DNA of 64,000 nt from the human T2T-CHM13v2.0 reference genome, Homo sapiens, in NCBI RefSeq assembly GCF_009914755.1, contig NC_060928.1. One strand, written 5' to 3'. The translations under genes were made by a program, and so were the position numbers. This document shows positions 13,091 to 24,510 of this stretch, in pieces. The notes below the pieces were generated by a model that was not told the DNA's origin, did no database searches, and worked only from the letters and a program-made list of their open reading frames with translations. Positions within the stretch are counted from its first letter, which is position 1. Each line of letters starts with the position of its first letter.

Positions 13091-15377
13091 TATATTCGTC
13101 AGTTTTCACTCAGCTGGTAAAAATATGCCCAAGACTGGAGAATTTACAGAAGAGGTTTATAATGGACTTACAGTTGCACTTGGCTGTGGAAGCCTCATAA
13201 TCATGGTGGAAGGCAAGGAGGAGAAAGTCACATGCTACATGGATGGCAGCAGGCAGAGACAGCTTGTGCAGGGAGACTCCTGCTTTTAAAACCATCAGAT
13301 CTTGTGAGACTTATTCAATATCACAAGAACAGCATGGAAAAGATCTGCCCCCATGATTCAATTACCTCCCTCTGGGTGCCTCCCACAATACAAGGGAATT
13401 CTGGGAGATACAATTCAAGTTGAAATTTGAGTGGGGATCCGCCCAACCATATCATCACCCCTGGCCCCTCCAAAATTTCATGTCCTCACATTTCAAAACC
13501 AATCGTGCCTTCCCAACAGTCCCCCAAAGTCTCAACTCATTTCAGCATTAACCCAAAAGTTCAGTCTGAAGTCTCATCTGAGACAAGGCAAGTCCCTTCT
13601 GCCTGTGAGCCTGTAAAATCGAAAACAAGTTAGTTACTTCCTAGATACAATGGGGGTACAGGTATTGGGTAAATACAGCCATTCCAAATGAGAGACATTG
13701 GCCAAAATAAAGGGGTTACAGGGCCATCCAAGTCCGAAATACAGCAGGGCAGTCAAATTTTAAAGCTACTAAATGATCTCCTTTGACTCCAGATCTCACA
13801 CCCAGGTCATGATGATGCAAGAAGTGGATTCCCATGGGCTTGGGCAGCTCCACCCCTGTGGTTTCGCAGGGCACAACCTCCCTCCCGGCTGCTTTCACAG
13901 GCTGACACTGAGTGTCTGTGGCTTTTCCAGGAGAAAGGTGCAAGCTGTAGGTGGTTCTACTATTCTGGGGTCTAGAGGACAGTGGACTTTTTCTCACAGT
14001 TCCACTAGGTGGTGCCCCAGTAGGGACTTTGTACTGGGGCTCTGATCCCTCATTTCCCTTCTGCGCTGACTTAGAAGAGGTTCTCCGTGAGCGTCCCATC
14101 TCTGCATCAAACTTCTGCCTGGGCATTCAAGCATTTCCATATATCTTCTGAAATCTACGCAGAGGTTCCCAAACCCCAATTCTTGACTTCTGTGCACTTG
14201 CAGGCTCAACACCTTGTGGAAGCTGCCAAGGCTTATGGCTTGCACCCTCTGAAGCCACGGCCCAAGCTCTATGTTGGCCCCTTTCAGACATGGCTGGAGC
14301 TGCTGGGATGCTGAGCACCAAGGCCCTGGGCTGCATACAGCACAGGGACCCTGGGCCCAGCCCATGAAACCAATTTTCCTCCTAGGCCTCTGAGCCTGTC
14401 ATGGGAAGGGCTGCTGTGAAGACCTCTGACATGCCCTGGAGACATTTTCCCATTGTCTTGACGATTAACATTTGGCTCCTTGTTACTTAATGCAAATTTC
14501 TGCAGCCAGCTTGAATTTCTCCTCAGAGAATGTGATTTTCTTTTCTATCACATTGTCAGGCTGCAAATTTTCCAAACTTTTATGCTCTATTTCCCCTTTA
14601 ATACTGAATGCCTTTAACAGCACCCAAGTCATGTCGTGAATGCTTTGCTGCTTAGAAATTTCCTCCACCAGATACACTAAATCATCTTTCTCATGTTCAA
14701 AGTTTCACAAATCTCTAGGGCAGGGGCAAAATGCTGCCAATCTTGTTGCTAAAATATAACGAGAGTCACCTTTGCTCCAGTTCCCAAAAATTCCTCATCT
14801 CTATCTGAGACCACCTCAGCCTGGATTTCACTGTCCATATTATTATCAGCATTTTGGTCAAGGTCATTCAACAAGTCCCTAGGGAGTTCCAAACTTTCCC
14901 ACATTTTTCTGTCTTCTGAGCCCTCCAAACTGCTCCAACCTCTGCCTGTTAGCCAGTTCCAAAGTTGCTTCCACATTTCTGGGTATTTTTCAGCAGCACC
15001 TCATCCTATTGGTACAAATTTACTGTGTTAGTTCATTTTCACACTGCTGATAAAGGCATATGTGAGACTAGGCAGTCTATATAAACCAAAAGAAGTTTAT
15101 AATGGCCTTACAGTTCCACGTGACTGGGGAAGCCTCACAATCATGGCAGAAGGAGGAGTAATTCATGTCTTACCTGGATGGCAACAGACAAATAGACAGC
15201 TTGTGTAGGGAGACTCCCATTTTTAAAACCATCAGATCTCCTGAGACTTATTCACCATCACAACAACAGCATGGGAAAGACCTGCCCCCATGATTCAATT
15301 ACCTCCCACCAGGTCCCTCTCACAACACATGGGAATTCAAGGTGAGATTTGGGTGGGGACACAGAAAAACTATATCT
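13091..15377 (-). mobile_element. Complete THE1 (THE1A-like) MaLR retrotransposon: 3'LTR 13091-13454, internal 13455-15023, 5'LTR 15024-15377
   Basis: Two ~355-bp direct-repeat LTRs ending aaccatatca / aactatatct. The internal region on the - strand starts GTAAATTTGTACCAATAGGATGAGGTGCTGCTGAAAAATACCCAGAAATGTGGAAGCAAC. ORFs 14749-14976(-) and 14483-14677(-) are typical THE1-int ORF relics. Possible decayed 5-bp TSD gtagg/gcaga. Confidence 0.95.
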
Positions 15378-15719
15378 GCAGATAGGTAATTGAAATGTAT
15401 AATATCAGTATTCAGCAGTGCCTGGATAGGTTTAGATGTTAGCTTTTTTTTTTTTTTAACCACTTACTAAAGTAAGCCCAAATTATTTATCAGGGGAGGA
15501 AAATCAAAGTTAATGTAACTTGTCAAAAATATTTAGGGTGATAGTAGTGATATTATAGAGGCTGTATTCCAGAGTATAACAGCAATTTTACGATTCAACA
15601 TTTATTTATACAAAAATATAAATTTTATACAAATCAATAACTAAATTTTATGCTATTAAAATGTTTTGAATGCGTGTAACACTTGCAGTAAAACACTTCA
15701 CTAAAGGATAAGATTTGGT

Positions 15720-15870
15720 TTTCAAGTAAGCTTCTACAACTTAATACCTGTAAGATCTTGTCAAGTGAAACTTAGGAACACATTTTATCTATTAAATATA
15801 GATTAAAAATTCCTATCTTACAGAGTTGGAATGAAGCTTAAATTAGAAAATGAGGTTAGATCACTTTGCA
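15720..15870 (+). mobile_element. MIR SINE fragment
   Basis: 'cctgtaagatcttgtcaagtgaaactt...ttttatctattaaatatagattaaaaattcctatcttacagagttggaatgaagcttaaattaga' resembles the MIR core. Confidence 0.55.
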
Positions 15871-16839
15871 ACTATAAAGAATAAAAATAAATTTTAGATA
15901 TACTATTGTCATTGTTAAGTAAGTATAGTCAGGATAAACTTACGAAGGTACTTCTTTAAACGGAAAGTAATAAACACAAAAATTAGCTAAAACAGAAGAC
16001 ATTCAAGTTAAAAATGACTTTAAAAAAGTATTTGTTGAAAGTACTGAAAGTCACATGATGGGTGAATAACAGAAAATAGATTAGTACAAGTTTCCAGCTT
16101 TTTGTGAGTGACAATATTAAATTAAGTGCACTGCTTCTTAAGTAGAAGCTTTGTAAATGAGTAGTGGCATTTTTTATCTTAGTATCAGTAAAATATTCTG
16201 GATTAATCATTACAAAACTATATTATATAAGAAATTATTGTACAGCCCAAAATGACAATCGTGCCCTGTTGAGAACCACTGGGAAAGCAGCCATGAAGCT
16301 CTGCAATTAGTGGGGTCAGCATGCATCTTTGACTACATACCTAAGCCTGTGTCTTTTCTACTGATAGAAGAAAAATCATACTCAATTCTGACAATATATC
16401 TTTTCAGTTCCACATTTTTTACGTTTACTTTTCAAGGGGATGTTCCATTTATCTGGTGAAATTCATCAACTGTTTCACAAATTTTTTTCTACTTTTCTGT
16501 AACATCTATTAATACATTGATAAAAGTTATTTGAAAGTTTTGTTTGCCAACTTGAGCGTTTGAGTCGCCTATCTTTCGGTTACATTTCTATTCCCTACTT
16601 TGCTTCTTGATTATGAGTCACATGTTCTTTATTATTCATGTGCTTTGTTATTTTTTATTTTATGCATAACATTGTATGTAAAGTGTAGTAGAGACTGAAG
16701 TATATATTATTTATTCCAACAATGGATATATCCATATCTCCTGTAAAATGACTTGGCTGAGAAGTTCAACCAATTGCATCTGAAGTTGAAATGGGTTTTG
16801 GTTTAATTGCAGCTTTGTTCAGATTCAGTTTCTTACAGG

Positions 16840-17381
16840 TGTAAACCAAAAAGTGCCTGAGTCTCAATCAATTTAGAAGTTCATTTTGCCAAGGTTAAGG
16901 ACATGCACCCAGAAGACATGTCTGTGCCTTTCTCCAAAGATGATTTTGAGGGCTTCAATATTTAAAGGGGAAAAGGCAGACCTTGTGGAAAGAGGAAGAA
17001 ATTTTTAAAAGGTTTGAGTAGATAAGAGAGGAATCTTTGATTAGCCTTTCACTGAATGCACAATTTGCATGTGAGAGGTGGGTAGAGGAATAGTCACTTA
17101 TGCCTTCATATAGCTCAGTGAATCTGCATTTTTACATAAGATAATGTAAACAATAGTACGGAGGAAGCAATTAGATACGCATTTGTCTCAGATGAGTCAG
17201 AGGGGTGACTTTGAGTTCTGTCCTCTGTCCAGCACCTGTGAAGATAAGTTGTCAGTTTATATCACCAGGGTAAAATTTAACAGAATAAAATAGGAGGCAG
17301 GTTTGCCTGATAAAGTTCCCAGCTTGACATTTCCCCTTTGGCTTAGTGATTTAGGGTGTGGAGATTTATTTTTCTTTCACA
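16840..17381 (-). mobile_element. MER4A-family ERV1 solo LTR
   Basis: The reverse complement of the right end reads TGTGAAAGAAAAATAAATCT...AAATCACTAAGCCAAAGGGGAAATGTCAAGCTGGGAAC...GGCAAACCTGCCTCC. Termini are TG...CA. Confidence 0.85.
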
Positions 17382-17741
17382 TTGGTTAGTATTTTGATGG
17401 TGGAGTTAGGAATTTGATGAGTAGGATTCCATTGATCTCTCTACATAAAACAAACCAATAGCTCTTCTTGTCACAGGAGAGTTCTCTGCTTTGTAACATA
17501 GCCACCAGCTTTTTAGACTGATGGTCTCTTTGCTATCTAACCCAACTCCTATATCTTGGGAAATTTCTATGTCTTATGAAATCTCCTCTCACCATGATGC
17601 CCTACTTTTAGCTTTTGCTGGACTATTGCTATGCACTCATTGAAGGTTCTGTGTGCCTTGGAGTATCCTCTTTTCCATCCTGTCCTTGGCCCATTCCCTG
17701 TCTTATTATTGTAGTGTACTCACTGAAAGGTAGTATGTAAT

Positions 17742-18085
17742 ATGCACGTAGTCTGTTTGAACTAGTATAACAGAAATACCATAAACTGGGTGGCTTATGA
17801 ACAACAAACATTTATTTCTCACAGCTCTGGAGGCTTGGAAGTCCAAGATCAAGGTGACATTCAGAGTCTGGTGAGAGCTCATTGCTCATAGATAGCACCT
17901 TCTTTCTGCATCTCCCCATGGTATAAGGGGCAAGGTAGTGATCTGGGATACCTTTTATGGGGGACTAATGCCATTCATGAGAACAGACCCCTCATGATTT
18001 AATAAACTCCTGAAGATGCTATCTCCTACTATTGTTACATGGGGAATATGTTTTAACACATGAATTTTACAGCTAGACCATAGTA
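17742..18085 (-). mobile_element. MLT1A-like MaLR solo LTR
   Basis: 'aaataccataaactgggtggcttatgaacaacaaacatttatttctcacagctctggaggcttggaagtccaagatcaagg...aacacatgaatttt'. Confidence 0.85.
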
Positions 18086-18386
18086 TGTACCAAAGTTGGG
18101 TGTTTCCACACTTATGTTTTACCTCATCTTTTTCTTGTTGCAGCTCTGCCTTTGTTGAAAACCTATGAGACAGAAATGGCAAGTCAGTGTAACCTTATCC
18201 TGTGAATGGGACTCCTAGTACTGAACCATCCTGCCAGATCACATACAGTCATTACGAATTGTTAAGGTTTAGATGGTTTTTCCTTTCCTCTCTTTCTGTC
18301 ATGATCATTATTTCCTTTTCATTAAGCAAAATTTAGTTCATGTAGATTTCTTTGCCTCAGCTTTCTTATGAGCTTACATATATACC

Positions 18387-18434
18387 TGTGTGTGTACACA
18401 TACACACGACACATATACAACACACACACACACA
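18387..18434. repeat. Imperfect (TG)/(CA)n simple repeat
   Basis: tgtgtgtgtacacatacacacgacacatatacaacacacacacacaca. Confidence 0.85.
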
Positions 18435-20319
18435 TTTTTTTATAGCTTATTTAGTTTGCTCTTTATTGTTAGGGAACAATGGTGTCCTGTGACTTTCCAT
18501 ATCCTATAAAATAATATTGGTAAAATATTTACTAGCTTCAAATGGATCAGTCTTATATTGTATTTCAAAAGTTATTTAACCACAACAGTTTCCATGGATA
18601 ATATTTTTTCAGGCTTTTGCTTTACGTTTTGACTGGGTTTCTTTTTCTAATACCCAGTAGAAAGAACTCTATAATTTCTATATATTCGAAGGTTTTTTAT
18701 TGTCCCCTAGAGATATAATTGACCAGCCTAAGTGTCCGCAAAATGTTCTCTCTCAGTTTGCCTTACTTTCTTTGCTCCTCCTCTACTCAGTAGGTTCAGT
18801 CAGGAAAAGAATCATGTGTGCATTCCTTAACTATGCACTCAAGGCATATTGTGCAGCTTGCTGCATAGTGGACATTACAAGTTTATTCCTTAAGTATATA
18901 AATACATTAATGCACAGTGAGGGCATTTTATAAAGAGGTTCCTTGTTACCAATTTAGAGACTATACAGCTTTCAACTGGAAAACACTTTTTAATTGTGCA
19001 TTTACAGTTAGATTAATAAACACTCAAACATCTCTCTGACACTATGAAAGTCCTGTGAATTACATGTCTCTATGTTCTTGGCAACATTTATAATCCGTGA
19101 TCAAAATAAAGGCAGTTGGATACAAATTTTCCCTCTGCCTTTAGATAAAACTCCCAAATGAATCTATATTTTTCTGATGAATTTTCTAATGAATAAAATT
19201 ATATAAGTTTTGCTTAGCTATCTATACTGAACACAAAATCCTGAAACAACAGTTTCAGCAACACTTTAAACATTTCCATTACTGTTTGTCATTAAAGATA
19301 TTTCTAATCAATTTACACTAAAGTACAATATAATTTACATAATACTTAATGCAATGACTTTTTCCATAAAAAGTAGTAAAAGTGACCGTAAAGCTAATAT
19401 AAATACTAAATACTGTTTTACTAGAGGTTTCTTTTCTGAAATGTGTATTAGTTTTGAAATATGGAGAGTCAAGACAGGTGTTCTGATTTCTATTGACACA
19501 TCTCTGTTTTAAACACTTACATATCTAATTATCTAGAAAGTTAATACATATTTAAGTACAGTAAAGACTGATCCTTAGTCAATTTGTCAATATGTAGGAC
19601 ACTGACAGGCTACCAAACTACTATGTGCCTCAGAAGACATTCACATGAGCTTCAATTTTTATATGATAATTGAAATTTTCAGAACCTAGTGTTCCATCAG
19701 TTAGCAAAGATGAATATATCCAAAGATGATAACAATTTCCAAAAAAATTGCTGGTAAGTGCAGATATCTAGAGAAAGTTTAGCAAGTTCAAGTGATAGAA
19801 AATTGCAAGATTAAGAAAATAATTACAAAAAATATATGAAATCAGTTATTGACAGCTTTGTGGAAACTGCTAGTTTTTCATATCTTACCAAATTCCAATC
19901 TAAATCCATGGGTGGGAAATAAATATGAAACAGAAAATCACTGTGTAGATTCTTAACTTATTTTCATGTTTCATATTATGCTATTTGTAGCATCTATTAA
20001 TATTTTGAGTATTTGAGTACTATTTATAATAACTGACAAAGTTATTAATGTGACATCTAAATATATCCCTTATGCTTCTTAAGCCCAGAAACAAAATACA
20101 TGTTTGCACTTAATAATTAAAGATATTTAAATATATTTTCATTTATTAAATATACATTTTATTAAAATTTTTTGGTCATGTTACTGAAGTATTTTTATTA
20201 ATTAAGAAAACTGATCATAATATCTAATATTACTTTTTATTAACAGTCATTATAATTATTAGTTCTCAATGACATTAGCTCTCAATGAAGACATGCATGC
20301 ATACACAGAAGGCAGCATC

Positions 20320-20400
20320 ACTCATTCATTCATTCATTCATCTATTAATCCATTTAACAAATCATCATTGAACATCTATCATATATGGGAATGATATTGC
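20320..20400 (-). mobile_element. L2 3' terminus
   Basis: (CATT)n followed by 'aacaaatcatcattgaacatctatc'. Confidence 0.55.
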
Positions 20401-20489
20401 ATACAGGAACACCTAGACCCTTATTGCTGCTCTGCCATTGTTGAAAATCTATGAGAAAGAATTGGCAAGTCAGTGTATTATTATCCTGT

Positions 20490-21116
20490 TGTTACTGGAA
20501 TGGGGTCCTAATCCAGACCTTATGAGAGGGTTCTCGGACCTTGTGTAAGAAAGAATTCAGGGCAAATCCATACAGTAAAGTGAAAGCAAGCTTATTAGGA
20601 AAGTAAAGGAATAAAGAATGGCTACCCCATAGGCAGAGCGGTGGTGTGGGATGCTCAGTTGATTATACTTATAGTTATTTTTTGATTATATGCTAAACAA
20701 GTGGGATGAATTATTTATGAGTTCTCTGGAAAAAGTGGGCAATTCCTGGAACTGAGAGTCCCTCCCCCTTTTAGGCCATATAGGGTAACTTCTGGACATT
20801 GCCACATAAACTGTCATGGTGCTGGTGGGAGTGTCCGTTAGCATGCTAATGTGTTATAATTAATGTATAATAAGCAGTGAGGATGACCAGAAGTCACTTT
20901 CATCACAATCTTGGTTTTGGTGGGCTTTGGCTGGCTTCTTTACTGCAACCTGTTTTATCATCAAGGCCTTTGTGGCTTGTATCTTGGGCCAACCTCCTAT
21001 CTCATCCTGTGACTTAGAATGCCTAACCTACTGGGAATGAAGCCCAGCAGGTCTCAGCCTTATTTTACTCAGCGCCTATTCAACATGGAGTCTCTCTGGT
21101 TCTAATGCCTCTGACA
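20490..21116 (-). mobile_element. MER41B ERV1 solo LTR with 4-bp TSD CTGT
   Basis: The reverse complement starts TGTCAGAGGCATTAGAACCAGAGAGACTCCATGTTGAATAGG; the other end is 'tgttactggaatggggtcctaatccagacc'. CTGT lies at 20486-20489 and 21117-21120. Confidence 0.93.
20743..20751. promoter_or_regulatory. STAT (GAS) motif TTCCTGGAA within MER41B
   Basis: Exact TTC-N3-GAA at the position of the known MER41B tandem STAT1 sites. Function is not shown. Confidence 0.5.
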
Positions 21117-21659
21117 CTGTGAGTAAGACTTCTAAGATTGTAACCTTTTCTCTCAAAGATATTGCACTTGTGTGAATAGAAAGTTCATTTATTAGAACAT
21201 GAATAGAATAAGACATTCCTCTGCAGCCAAATTACATCAACCCTTCAGGACTTAGCTTCCTTCTAAATAATTCCATATTCTGTAAACTTTTACTAAAAAT
21301 CTATTTACTGGATTCTAATTGCACTTAAAGTTTTCAAGTTAGACAATTGGCATGGATTAAAATAGTGTTAATCTTAGCACAGGCCCTGATATTTAATTAT
21401 TTCAAAATAAGCTTAACATTCTACTAATTAACTGATAAAATCCACAAATAAAAGCTAGCTGTTTGGAGAGTGAGAAAAGGAATTTTTTAGAAGGAGAAAA
21501 CAACATCTGAAGACATTAGGCAGAAAAAAATGGGTTGGGTTACTGGAAAACCAAAATAAATCTTATGTAGTAAGGTAATATTTATGAAGAAAATGAATTT
21601 TAAAATATGAGGCCATAAAGTCTATCAAAAATCTCTGAAATTATTTTGAATTTATATCA

Positions 21660-21960
21660 ATTTCTAGAGCTTCTATAATAAAGTATTAAAAACTAGGTGG
21701 CTTAAAGCCACAGAAATTTATTTTTTTACAGTTCTGGAGGCTAGTTGTCCAAAAGTAAGGTGTGAATGGGCTTCATTTCTTTGGGATCAGATGGAAAGAC
21801 AATTTGTTCCATGTCTCTCATTTCTGGTGATGACCCCAAAATCCTTGGAGTTCACATGTTCACTTGGCTATCTTCCTACTAAATTTCACTCTCCTTACAA
21901 GAACACTTATCATATTTGATTAGGAGTACAGCCTACTCCATTATGACCTCATATTTACCC
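21660..21960 (-). mobile_element. MLT1 (B/C-like) LTR fragment
   Basis: 'aaactaggtggcttaaagccacagaaattta...acagttctggaggctag' and 'ctactccattatgacctcat'. Confidence 0.65.
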
Positions 21961-23040
21961 ACATTTCAGATAATTCACATTTAATGCTTCGATTTAGTAC
22001 CTATCACTGAAGGTAAAACATTGTGGTTCTCATTTTCTGATTATTCAATTAAACACTAATAAAGCTACTAGTCTGGGAGAATTTTGCAGACAGAATGAAA
22101 GAATGAAGTATATGATTTAAAAATATGCAGATTATCAGGTTGGGGCTGGCCCAATCAAGGGAACCTTTTTAAAAGCAGAGAATTTTCTCCAGGTACAAGT
22201 AAAAGAAGGAGTAAGAGATTCAAAACATGAGGGGCATTCAGTGTGTCACTGTTGACTTTGAAGATGGAAAGGACCACATGTAAGGACTGGAGGTTGGTCT
22301 CTTAGAGCTGAGAGTTACCCCCGGGGCAACAGCTAGCAATGAAACAGGGACCTCAAGTCATACAACCACTCGAAAATGAATTCTGCCAACCATAATAAGC
22401 GTGGAAGAATTCAACAGTGAAGTCATCAGGTCTTGGACTTTGCATTGATAGGAGGCCTTTTATTACTTATTCGATCTCGTTATTCCTTATTGGTCTGTTC
22501 AGATTTTCTCTTCATGATTCAGTCTTGGTAGATTGTAGTGTTCAAAAGTGTATCCATTTCTTTAAAGTTATCCAAATTTTTTTGGCATACAGTTGTTCAT
22601 AATAGTCTCTTATCGTCTTTTGTATTTCTACGGTGTCAAATGTAATATCTTTTTTTTCGTCTTTCATTTCATCTATTTGAGCCTACTCTTTTTTTTTTTT
22701 TTTTTTTTTTAGTCTGGCTAAAGATTTCTTGATTTTATGTTTTTAAAATCCAACTTTCTGTTTTGTTGATCATTTGTATTATTTCTAATCGGTATTTTGT
22801 TTATTCCTGTTCTGATCATTATTATTTATTTCCTTCTACTAATTTTAGATTTAGTTCGTTCGTGTTTTTCTAGTTCCTTGAGGTGCAACATTCGATTGTT
22901 TATTTGAGATCTTTCTTCTTTTTTGATAAAGACATTTATTGCTATAAACTTCCATCTGAGAATTGCTTGGGCTGTATCCATAGGTTTTAGTATGTTGTGT
23001 TTCCATTTTCCTTTTTCTCTAGGATTTTTCTAATCTCCCT

Positions 23041-23363
23041 TTTTTTCTGTCTTCTTTTTCTTTCTTTTTTTTTTTTTCTATGAAACCAAGCTCTGTCACC
23101 CAGACGAGAGTGCTGTGACATGATCTCAACTCACTACAACTTCTGCTTCCTGGGTTCAAGCAATTCTTGTGCCTCAGCCCCCGGAGTAGCTGAGACTACA
23201 AGCGCCGCCCCCACCCACCCCACCTGCCCCACAGATCAGCTAATTTTTTGTATTTTAAGTAGAGAAGGGTTTTCGCCATGTTGGCCAGCCTGGCCTCATG
23301 TGATCCACCCGCTTTGGACTCCCAAATTGCTGGGATTACAGGCATGAGCCACTGCGCTTGGCT
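23041..23363 (-). mobile_element. Diverged Alu (J/S)
   Basis: T-tail, then 'cctgggttcaagcaattc...gctgggattacaggcatgagccactgcg'. TSD ctaatctccct at 23030-23040 and 23364-23374. Confidence 0.95.
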
Positions 23364-23707
23364 CTAATCTCCCTCTCAATTTCTTCATTGACCCATTGGT
23401 TGTTGAAAACCAAAACTATAAAACTACAAGAAGAAAACATAAACTTCATGGCATTGGCCGGAGCAAGATAAGGCCACAAAAGCACAGTTGACAGAAGTAA
23501 AACTAGACAAATGAGATCCCATCAAATGAAAAGCCTTCTGCACAACAAAGGAAACAATCAAGAGTGAAGAGACAACCTACAGAATGGCAGAAAATATTTG
23601 CAAACTATAAATAAGACAAGGGGTTAATATCCAAAATATATAAGGAAGGAAACAACTCAATAGCAAAATAAAAATAATAACAGCAACATTAATAAATAAT
23701 CTGATGA

Positions 23708-24025
<318 letters not shown>

Positions 24026-24205
24026 AATAAATAATCTGATGAAAAAATAGGAAAAAGACCTGAATAGGCATTTCTGAAAAGAAGACATACAGAGATAAGA
24101 AAAAATGCTCAGCATCACTAATCATCAGGGAATTGTAAATCAAAACCACAATGAGATATCACCTTACTCCAGTTAGAATGGCTATTATCAAAAAGACAAA
24201 AATTT

Positions 24206-24510
24206 GGCTAGACGTGGTGGCTCATGCCTGTAAGCCCAGCCCTTTGGGAGGCTGAGGCAGGGGGATCACCTGAGTTCGGGAGTTCGACACCAGCCTGACC
24301 AACATGGAGAAACCCAGTCTTTACTAAAAATGCAAAATTATCCTGGCATGGTGGCTCATGCCTGTAATCCCAGCTACTCAGGAGGCTGAAGCAGGCGAAT
24401 CATTGCTTGAACCTGGGAGGCGGAGGTTGCAGTGAGCCGAGATGGGGCTATTGCATCCAACCTGGGCAACAAGAACGAAACTCCATCTCAAAAAAAAAAA
24501 AAAAAAAAAA
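24206..24510 (+). mobile_element. AluSp-like SINE
   Basis: 'cctgaccaacatggagaaaccc', 'caacaagaacgaaactcc' and an A-tail. Confidence 0.95.

Larger units (their letters stand above)
16380..18510 (-). mobile_element. Ancient L1M ORF1/5' fragment, interrupted by MER4A and MLT1A LTRs
   Basis: T-rich sequence similar in style to 1440-1750 ('ttccatttatctggtgaaattc', 'attcatgtgctttgttatttttt'). Boundaries are approximate. Confidence 0.5.

Noticed and set aside
13716-14976. Cluster of 60-136 aa ORFs
   Set aside because: All lie within THE1-int and are broken relics or alternative frames in GC-richer repeat DNA.
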